DNA of 64,000 nt. Source: Eledone cirrhosa (Eukaryota). The DNA lies in the NCBI GenBank assembly GCA_964016885.1, contig OZ024740.1, positions 137,020,001 through 137,084,000 of the forward strand, read 5' to 3'. The translations under genes and the position numbers were made by a program. Below the pieces are notes generated by a model. That model saw nothing but the letters and a program-made list of their open reading frames with translations. It did no database searches and was not told the origin of the DNA. Shown piece after piece: positions 54,750-64,000 of this stretch; the first letter of the stretch is position 1; each line of letters opens with the position of its first letter.

Positions 54750-57700
54750 CTTTCTCTTATCACTTTTCTCTCAATCTCCAATTCTCTCTTTCTCTTATCA
54801 CTTTTCTCTCAATCTCTAATTCTCTCTTTCTCTTATCATTTTTCTCTCAATCTCCAATTCTCTCTTTCTCTTATCACTTTTCTCTCAATCAACAATTTTC
54901 TCTTTCTCTTATCACTTTTCCCCCAATCTCCAATTCTTTCTTTCTCTTATCACTTTTCTCTCAATCTGCAATTCTCTCTTTCACTTATCACTTTTCTCTC
55001 AATCTCCAATTCTCTCTTTCTCTTCTCACTTTTCCCCTAATCTCCAATTCTCTCTTTCTCTTCTCACTTTTCTCTCAATCTCCAATTCTCTCTTTCTCTC
55101 ATCACTTTTCTCTCAATCTCCAATTCTCTCTTTCTCTTATCACTTTTCTCTCAATCTCCAATTCTCTCTTTCTCTTATCCATTTTCTCTCAATCTGCAAT
55201 TCTCTCTTTCTTTTCTCACTTTTCCCCCAATCTCCAATTCTCTCTTTCTCTTCACACTTTTCCCCCAATCTCAAATTCTCTCTTTCTCTTATCACTTTTC
55301 TCTCAATCTCCAATTTTCTCTTTCTCTTATCACTTTTCTCTCCATCTCCAATCTCTCTTTCTCATATCACTTTTCTCTCAAACTCCAATTCTCTCTTTCT
55401 CTCATCACTTTTCTCTCAATCTCCAATTCTCTCTTTCTCTTATCACTTTTCTCTCAATCTTCAACTCTCTCTTTCTCTTATCCCTTTTCTCTCAATCTCC
55501 AATTCTCTCTTTCTCTTCTCACTTTTCTCTCAATCTCCAATCCTCTCTTTCTGTTCTCAGTTTTCCCTCAATCTCCAATTCTCTATTTCTCTTAGCACTT
55601 TTCTCTCAATCCCCCATTCTCTCTCTCTCTTATCACTTTTCTCTCAATATCCAATTCTCTCTTTCTCTTATCACTTTTCTCTCAATCTCCAATTCTCTCT
55701 TTCTCTTATCACTTTTCTCTCAATCTCCAATTCTCTCTTTCTCTTATTAGTTTTCTCTCAATCTGCAATTCTCTCTTTCTCTTATCACTTTTCTCTCAAT
55801 CTCCAATTCTCTCTTTCTCTTCTCACTTTTCCCCTAATCTCCAATTCTCTCTTTCTCTTATCACTTTTCTCTCAATCCCCAATTCTCTCTTTCTCTTATC
55901 ACTTTTCTCTCAATCTCCAATTCTCTCTTTGTCTTATCACTTTTCTCTCAATCTCCAATTCTCTCTTTCTCTTATCCATTTTCTCTCAATCTGCAATTCT
56001 CTCTTTCTTTTCTCACTTTTCCCCCAATCTCCAATTCTCTCTTTCTCTTCACACTTTTCCCCCAATCTCCAATTCTCTCTTTCTCTTCACACTTTTCCCC
56101 CAATCTCCAATTCTCTCTTTCTCTTCTCACTTTTCTCTCAATCTCCAATTCTCTCTTTCTCTTATCACTTTTCTCTCAATCTCCAATCCTCTCTTTCTCT
56201 TATCACTTTTCTCTCAATCACTTTTCTCTCAATCTCCAATTCTCTCTTTCTCTTATCACTTTTCTCTCAATCTCCAATTCTCTCTTTCTCATATCACTTT
56301 TCTCTCAAACTCCAATATTCTCTTTCTCTCATCACTTTTCTCTCAATCTCCAATTCTCTCTTTCTCTTATCACTTTTCTCTCAATCTCCAACTCTCTCTT
56401 TCTCTTATCCCCTTTCTCTCAATCTCCAATTATCTCTTTTTCTTATCACTTTTCTCTCAATCTCCAATTCTCTCTTTCTCTTCTCACTTTTCGCCCAACC
56501 TCCAATTCTCTCTTTCTCTTATCACTTTTCTCTCAATCTCCAATTCTCTCTTTCACTTATCACTTTTCACTCAATCTCCAATTCTCTCTTTCTCTTATCA
56601 CTTTTCTCTCAATCAACAATTTTCTCTTTCTCTTATCACTTTTCTCTCAATCTCCAATTCTCTCTTTCTCTTATCACTTTTCTGCCAATCTCCAATTCTC
56701 TCTTTCTCTTATCACTTTTCTCTCAATCTCCAATTCTCTCTTTCTCTTATCACTTTTCCCATAATCTCCAATTCTCTCTTTCTCTTATCACTTTTCTCTC
56801 AATCTCCAATTCTCTCTTTCTCTTATCACTTTTCTGCCAATCTCCAATTCTCTCTTTCTCTTATCACTTTTCTCTCAATCTCCAATTCTCTCTTTCTCTT
56901 ATCACTTTTCTCTCAATCTCCAATTCTCTCTTTCTCTTATCACTTTTCTCTCAATCTCTAATTCTCTCTTTCTCTTATCATTTTTCTCTCAATCTTGAAT
57001 TCTCTCTTTCTCTTATCACTTTTCTCTCAATCAACAATTTTCTCTTTCTCTTATCACTTTTCCCACAATCTCCAATTCTCTCTTTCTCTTATCACTTTTC
57101 TCTCAATCTGCAATTCTCTCTTTCTCTTATCACTTTTCTCTCAATCTCCACTTCTCTCTTTCTCTTCTCACTTTTCCCCTAATCTCCAATTCACTCTTTC
57201 TCTTATCACTTTTCTCTCAATCTCCAATTCTCTCTTTCTCTCATCACTTTTCTCTCAATCTCCAATTCTCTCTTTCTCTTATCACTTTTCTCTCAATCTC
57301 CAATTCTCTCTTTCTCTTAACCATTTTCTCTCAATCTGCAATTCTCTCTTTCTTTTCTCACTTTTCCCCCAATCTCCAATTCTCTCTTTCTCTTCACACT
57401 TTCCCCCAATCTCAAATTCTCTCTTTCTCTTATCACTTTTCTCTCAATCTCCAATTTTCTCTTTCTCTTATCACTTTTCTCTCCATCTCCAATCTCTCTT
57501 TCTCATATCACTTTTCTCTCAAACTCCAATTCTCTCTATCTCTCATCACTTTTCTCTCAATCTCCAATTCTCTCTTTCTCTTATCACTTTTCTCTCAATC
57601 TCCAACTCTCTCTTTCTCTTATCCCTTTTCTCTCAATCTCCAATTCTCTCTTTCTCTTCTCACTTTTCTCTCAATCTCCAATCCTCTCTTTCTGTTCTCA

Positions 57701-60700
57701 GTTTTCCCCCAATCTCCAATTCTCTATTTCTCTTAGCACTTTTCTCTCAATCCCCCATTCTCTCTCTCTCTTATCACTTTTCTCTCAATCTCCAATTCTC
57801 TCTTTCTCTTATCACTTTTCTCTCAATCTCCAATTCTCTCTTTCTCTTATTAGTTTTCTCTCAATCTCCAATTCTCTCTTTCTCTTATCACTTTTCTCTC
57901 AATCTCCAATTCTCTCTTTCTCTTCTCACTTTTCCCCTAATCCCCAATTCTCTCTTTCTCTTATCACTTTTCTCTCAATCTCCAATTCTCTCTTTCTCTT
58001 ATCACTTTTCTCTCAATCTCCTATTCTCTCTTTGTCTTATCACTTTTCTCTCAATCTCCAATTCTCTCTTTCTCTTATCCATTTTCTCTCAATCTGCAAT
58101 TCTCTCTTTCTTTTCTCACTTTTCCCCCAATCTCCAATTCTCTCTTTCTCTTCACACTTTTCCCCCAATCTCCAATTCTCTCTTTCTCTTCACACTTTTC
58201 CCCCAATCTCCAATTCTCTCTTTCTCTTCTCACTTTTCTCTCAATCTCCAATTCTCTCTTTCTCTTATCACTTTTCTCTCAATCTCCAATCCTCTCTTTC
58301 TCTTATCACTTTTCTCTCAATCACTTTTCTCTCAATCTCCAATTCTCTCTTTCTCTTATCACTTTTCTCTCAATCTCCAATTCTCTCTTTCTCTTATCAC
58401 TTTTCTCTCAATCTCCAATTCTCTCTTTCTCTTATCACTTTTCTCTCAATCTCTAATTCTCTCTTTCTCTTATCACTTTTCTCTCAATCTCCAATTCTCT
58501 CTTTCTCTTATCACTTTTCTCTCAATCTCCAATTCTCTCTTTCTCTTATCACTTTTCTGCCATTCTCCAATTCTCTCTTTCTCTTATCACTTTTCTCTCA
58601 ATCTCCAATTCTCTCTTTCTCTTATCACTTTTCTCTCAATCTCCAATTCTCTCTTTCTCTTATCACTTTTCTCTCAATCTCTAATTCTCTCTTTCTCTTA
58701 TCATTTTTCTCTCAATCTCCAATTCTCTCTTTCTCTTATCACTTTTCTCTCAATCAACAATTTTCTCTTTCTCTTATCACTTTTCCCCCAATCTCCAATT
58801 CTCTCTTTCTCTTATCACTTTTCTCTCAATCTGCAATTCTCTCTTTCTCTTATCACTTTTCTCTCAATCTCCACTTCTCTCTTTCTCTTCTCACTTTTCC
58901 CCTAATCTCCAATTCTCTCTTTCTCTTATCACTTTTCTCTCAATCTCCAATTCTCTCTTTCTCTCATCACTTTTCTCTCAATCTCCAATTCTCTCTTTCT
59001 CTTATCACTTTTCTCTCAATCTCCAATTCTCTCTTTCTCTTAACCATTTTCTCTCAATCTGCAATTCTCTCTTTCTTTTCTCACTTTTCCCCCAATCTCC
59101 AATTCTCTCTTTCTCTTCACACTTTTCCCCCAATCTCAAATTCTCTCTTTCTCTTATCACTTTTCTCTCAAACTCCAATTTTCTCTTTCTCTTATCACTT
59201 TTCTCTCCATCTCCAATCTCTCTTTCTCATATCACTATTCTCTCAAACTCCAATTCTCTCTATCTCTCATCACTTTTCTCTCAATCTCCAATTCTCTCTT
59301 TCTCTTATCACTTTTCTCTCAATCTCCAACTCTCTCTTTCTCTTATCCCTTTTCTCTCAATCTCCAATTCCCTCTTTCTCTTCTCACTTTTCTCTCAATC
59401 TCCAATCCTCTCTTTCTGTTCTCAGTTTTCCCCCAATCTCCAATTCTCTATTTCTCTTAGCACTTTTCTCTCAATCCCCCATTCTCTCTCTCTCTTATCA
59501 CTTTTCTCTCAATCTCCAATTCTCTCTTTCTCTTATCACTTTTCTCTCAATCTCCAATTCTCTCTTTCTCTTATTAGTTTTCTCTCAATCTGCAATTCTC
59601 TCTTTCTCTTATCACTTTTCTCTCAATCTCCAATTCTCTCTTTCTCTTCTCACTTTTCCCCTAATCTCCAATTCTCTCTTTCTCTTATCACTTTTCTCTC
59701 AATCTCCAATTCTCTCTTTCTCTTATCACTTTTCTCTCAATCTCCAATTCTCTCTTTCTCTTATCCATTTTCTCTCAATCTGCAATTCTTTCTTTCTTTT
59801 CTCACTTTTCCCCCAATCTCCAATTCTCTCTTTCTCTTCACACTTTTCCCCCAATCTCCAATTCTCTCTTTCTCTTCACACTTTTCCCCCAATCTCCAAT
59901 TCTCTCTTTCTCTTCTCACTTTTCTCTCAATCTCCAATTCTCTCTTTCTCTCATCACTTTTCTCTCAATCTCCAATCCTCTCTTTCTCTTATCACTTTTC
60001 TCTCAATCACTTTTCTCTCAATCTCCAATTCTCTCTTTATCTTATCACTTTTCTCTCAATCTCCAATTCTCTCTTTCTCTTATCACTTTTCTCTCAATCT
60101 CCAATTCTCTCTTTCTCTTATCACTTTTCTCTCAATCTCTAATTCTCTCTTTCTCTTATCACTTTTCTCTCAATCTCCAATTCTCTCTTTCTCTTATCAC
60201 TTTTCTCTCAATCAACAATTTTCTCTTTCTCTTATCACTTTTCTCTCAATCTCCAATTCTCTCTTTCTCTTCTCACTTTTCCCCTAATCTCCAATTCTCT
60301 CTTTCTCTTATCACTTTTCTCTCAATCTCCAATTCTCTCTTTCTCTCATCACTTTTCTCTCAATCTCCAATTCTCTCTTTCTCTCATCACTTTTCTCTCA
60401 ATCTCCAATTCTCTCTTTCACTTCTCACTTTTCTCTCAATCTCCAATTCTCTCTTTCTCTTATCCATTTTATCTCAATCTGCAATTCTCTCTTTCTGTTC
60501 TCACTTTTCCCCTAATCTCCAATTCTCTCTTTCTCTTATCACTTTTCTCTCAATCTCCAATTCTCTCTTTCTCTTATCACTTTTCTCTCAATCTCCAATT
60601 CTCTCTTTCTCTTATCACTTTTCTCTCAATCTCCAATTCTCTCTTTCTCTCATCACTTTTCTCTCAATCTCCAATTCTCTCTTTCTCTTATCACTTTTCT

Positions 60701-63350
60701 CTCAATCTCCAATTCTCTCTTTCTCTTCTCACTTTTCCCCTAATCTCCAATTCTCTCTTTCTCTTATCACTTTTCTCTCAATCTCCAATTCTCTCTTTCT
60801 CTTATCACTTTTCTCTCAATCTCCTATTCTCTCTTTGTCTTATCACTTTTCTCTCAATCTCCAATTCTCTCTTTCTCTTATCCATTTTCTCTCAATCTGC
60901 AATTCTCTCTTTCTTTTCTCACTTTTCACCCAATCTCCAATTCTCTCTTTCTCTTCACACTTTTCCCCCAATCTCCAATTCTCTCTTTCTCTTCACACTT
61001 TTCCCCCAATCTCCAATTCTCTCTTTCTCTTCTCACTTTTCTCTCAATCTCCAATTCTCTCTTTCTCTTATCACTTTTCTCTCAATCTCCAATCCTCTCT
61101 TTCTCTTATCACTTTTCTCTCAATCTCTAATTCTCTCTTTCTCTTATCACTTTTCTCTCAATCTCCAATTCTCTCTTTCTCTTATCACTTTTCTCTCAAT
61201 CTCCAATTCTCTCTTTCTCTTATCACTTTTCTGCCATTCTCCAATTCTCTCTTTCTCTTATCACTTTTCTCTCAATCTCCAATTCTCTCTTTCTCTTATC
61301 ACTTTTCTCTCAATCTCCAATTCTCTCTTTCTCTTATCACTTTTCTCTCAATCTCTAATTCTCTCTTTCTCTTATCATTTTTCTCTCAATCTCCAATTCT
61401 CTCTTTCTCTTATCACTTTTCTCTCAATCAACAATTTTCTCTTTCTCTTATCACTTTTCCCCCAATCTCCAATTCTCTCTTTCTCTTATCACTTTTCTCT
61501 CAATCTGCAATTCTCTCTTTCTCTAATCACTTTTCTCTCAATCTCCACTTCTCTCTTTCTCTTCTCACTTTTCCCCTAATCTCCAATTCTCTCTTTCTCT
61601 TATCACTTTTCTCTCAATCTCCAATTCTCTCTTTCTCTCATCACTTTTCTCTCAATCTCCAATTCTCTCTTTCTCTTATCACTTTTCTCTCAATCTCCAA
61701 TTCTCTCTTTCTCTTAACCATTTTCTCTCAATCTGCAATTCTCTCTTTCTTTTCTCACTTTTCCCCCAATCTCCAATTCTCTCTTTCTCTTCACACTTTT
61801 CCCCCAATCGCAAATTCTCTCTTTCTCTTATCACTTTTCTCTCAATCTCCAATTTTCTCTTTCTCTTATCACTTTTCTCTCCATCTCCAATCTCTCTTTC
61901 TCATATCACTTTTCTCTCAAACTCCAATTCTCTCTATCTCTCATCACTTTTCTCTCAATCTCCAATTCTCTCTTTCTCTTATCACTTTTCTCTCAATCTC
62001 CAACTCTCTCTTTCTCTTATCCCTTTTCTCTCAATCTCCAATTCCCTCTTTCTCTTCTCACTTTTCTCTCAATCTCCAATCCTCTCTTTCTGTTCTCAGT
62101 TTTCCCCCAATCTCCAATTCTCTATTTCTCTTAGCACTTTTCTCTCAATCCCCCATTCTCTCTCTCTCTTATCACTTTTCTCTCAATCTCCAATTCTCTC
62201 TTTCTCTTATCACTTTTCTCTCAATCTCCAATTCTCTCTTTCTCTTATTAGTTTTCTCTCAATCTGCAATTCTCTCTTTCTCTTATCACTTTTCTCTCAA
62301 TCTCCAATTCTCTCTTTCTCTTCTCACTTTTCCCCTAATCTCCAATTCTCTCTTTCTCTTATCACTTTTCTCTCAATCTCCAATTCTCTGTTTCTCTTAT
62401 CACTTTTCTCTCAATCTCCAATTCTCTCTTTCTCTTATCCATTTTCTCTCAATCTGCAATTCTTTCTTTCTTTTCTCACTTTTCCCCCAATCTCCAATTC
62501 TCTCTTTCTCTTCACACTTTTCCCCCAATCTCCAATTCTCTCTTTCTCTTCACACTTTTCCCCCAATCTCCAATTCTCTCTTTCTCTTCTCACTTTTCTC
62601 TCAATCTCCAATTCTCTCTTTCTCTCATCACTTTTCTCTCAATCTCCAATCCTCTCTTTCTCTTATCACTTTTCTCTCAATCACTTTTCTCTCAATCTCC
62701 AATTCTCTCTTTATCTTATCACTTTTCTCTCAATCTCCAATTCTCTCTTTCTCTTATCACTTTTCTCTCAATCTCCAATTCTCTCTTTCTCTTATCACTT
62801 TTCTCTCAATCTCTAATTCTCTCTTTCTCTTATCACTTTTCTCTCAATCTCCAATTCTCTCTTTCTCTTATCACTTTTCTCTCAATCAACAATTTTCTCT
62901 TTCTCTTATCACTTTTCTCTCAATCTCCAATTCTCTCTTTCTCTTCTCACTTTTCCCCTAATCTCCAATTCTCTCTTTCTCTTATCACTTTTCTCTCAAT
63001 CTCCAATTCTCTCTTTCTCTCATCACTTTTCTCTCAATCTCCAATTCTCTCTTTCTCTCATCACTTTTCTCTCAATCTCCAATTCTCTCTTTCACTTCTC
63101 ACTTTTCTCTCAATCTCCAATTCTCTCTTTCTCTTATCCATTTTATCTCAATCTGCAATTCTCTCTTTCTGTTCTCACTTTTCCCCTAATCTCCAATTCT
63201 CTCTTTCTCTTATCACTTTTCTCTCAATCTCCAATTCTCTCTTTCTCTTATCACTTTTCTCTCAATCTCCAATTCTCTCTTTCTCTTATCACTTTTCTCT
63301 CAATCTCCAATTCTCTCTTTCTCTCATCACTTTTCTCTCAATCTCCAATT
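54750..63350 (+). repeat. Terminal sub-domain with four copies of a CTGTTCTCAG/TTAGCAC/TTATTAG cassette, including a 2674-bp-offset duplication
   Basis: The G of TTAGCAC is at 55595, 57736, 59460 and 62134. CTGCCATTCT at 58557/61231 and 15-bp monomers near 60007/62681 have offset 2674 (70x38+15-1). Confidence 0.88.
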
Positions 63351-64000
63351 CTCTCTTTCTCTTATCCATTTTCTCTCAATCTGCAATTCTCTCTTTCTTT
63401 TCTCACTTTTCCCCCAATCTCCAATTCTCTCTTCCTCTTCACACTTTTCCCCCAATCTCCAATTCTCTCTTTCTCTTATCACTTTTCTCTCAATCTCCAA
63501 TTTTCTCTTTCTCTTCTCACTTTTCTCTCAATCTCCAATTCTCTCTTTCTCTTATCACTTTTCTCTCAATCTCCAATCCTATCTTTCTCTTATCACTTTT
63601 CTCTCAATCACTTTTCTCTCAATCTCCAATTCTCTCTTTCTCTTATCACTTTTCTCTCAATCTCCAATTCTCTCTTTCTCTTATCACTTTACTCTCAATC
63701 TCCAATTCTCTCTTTCTCTTATCACTTTCCTCTCAATCTCCAATTCTTTCTTTCTCTACACACTTTTCCCCCAATCTCCAATTCTCTCTTTCTCTTCACA
63801 CTTTTCCCCCAATCTCCAATTCTCTCTTTCTCTTCTCACTTCTCTCTCAATCTGCAATTCTCTCTTTCTCTTATCACTTTTCTCTCAATCACTTTTCTCT
63901 CAATCTCCAATTCTCTCTTTCTCTTATCACTTTTCTCTCAATCTCCAATTCTCTCTTTCTCTTATCACTTTTCTCTCAATCTCCAATTCTCTCTTTCTCT

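Larger units (their letters stand above)
25900..56600 (+). repeat. Satellite sub-domain built from an irregularly re-duplicated variant cassette (AAACTCCAATATT ... ATCCCCTT ... TTTTCGCCCAA ... TTTACACTTTTAC)
   Basis: CGCCC marker at 26141, 28229, 29990, 33081, 35223, 38012, 39280, 42271, 43881, 45225, 46112, 47950, 49028, 50752, 51830, 54350 and 56492. Not seen before 26 kb. Confidence 0.85.
1..64000 (+). repeat. Tandem satellite DNA array, 38-bp monomer CTCTCAATCTCCAATTCTCTCTTTCTCTTATCACTTTT, about 1,680-1,700 head-to-tail copies
   Basis: The monomer can be read continuously from base 1 to 64000. The ORF track shows a 38-aa periodic peptide (SLNLQFSLSLITFLSISNSLFLLSLFSQSPILSFSYHF), equal to 3 x 38 bp. 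No non-satellite sequence or strand switch was seen, and the array is truncated by both window edges. Confidence 0.99.

Noticed and set aside
2300-62961. All ORFs in the track, including 18638-22846 (1402 aa), as S/L/F-rich membrane-like proteins
   Set aside because: They overlap in all three + frames with the same 38-aa repeat. They exist only because the G-free monomer has no stop codon, and they start and end at sporadic point variants (ATG/TTG, TAA). The monomer length is not a multiple of 3, and indels are tolerated freely.
1-64000. CRISPR array (repeat length is within the CRISPR range)
   Set aside because: Repeats are directly adjacent with no unique spacers, and there is no leader and no cas gene.
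1-64000. Telomerase-type telomeric repeat or G-quadruplex array
   Set aside because: The unit is longer than telomerase repeats I know, and it shows kb-scale inherited variant blocks. The purine strand has only one GG per consensus monomer. A subtelomeric or recombination-maintained terminal location cannot be excluded.
1-64000. Hidden information code or diversity-generating cassette system in the variant monomers
   Set aside because: Variant patterns are explained by point mutation plus segmental duplication. No recombinase, reverse transcriptase, expression site or inverted repeat is present.
1-64000. Nucleosome phasing (4x38=152, 5x38=190 bp)
   Set aside because: This is a numerical coincidence only. 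No 4- or 5-monomer variant periodicity was seen, and 15-, 30- and 37-bp units break the phase.
1-64000. Promoters, terminators or splice acceptors suggested by CCAAT and polypyrimidine tracts
   Set aside because: These motifs are intrinsic to the monomer with no associated gene, AG acceptors are very rare, and the G-free strand cannot form stable hairpins.
1-64000. Pure sequencing artefact or synthetic concatemer
   Set aside because: Multi-monomer variant haplotypes recur faithfully in nested patterns, which random error would not produce. Exact copy numbers of individual blocks still need read support.

Overview
The whole 64-kb window is one uninterrupted head-to-tail tandem satellite array. 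The monomer is 38 bp (consensus CTCTCAATCTCCAATTCTCTCTTTCTCTTATCACTTTT; 19 T, 13 C, 6 A, 0 G), present in roughly 1,680-1,700 copies, all in the same orientation and running off both ends. I found no genes, RNA genes, transposon insertions, inversions or CRISPR spacers. All listed ORFs are artefacts: the G-free + strand consensus has no stop codon, and three monomers translate as a 38-aa S/L/F-rich pseudo-repeat. The informative structure lies in the variant monomers. They reveal nested, locally restricted higher-order duplications (offsets of 873, 1064, 1610, 2236, 2317, 2545, 2674, 2680, 2802, 2887 and 3456 bp), domain-specific truncated monomers (30 bp and 15 bp), a domain boundary near 25.6-26 kb, and variant haplotypes shared across about 38 kb. 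The array looks like eukaryotic heterochromatic satellite (possibly pericentromeric or subtelomeric), but organism and function cannot be determined from this window. I see no evidence for a new protein-coding system. Offsets were read by eye from marker positions, and block boundaries are approximate.
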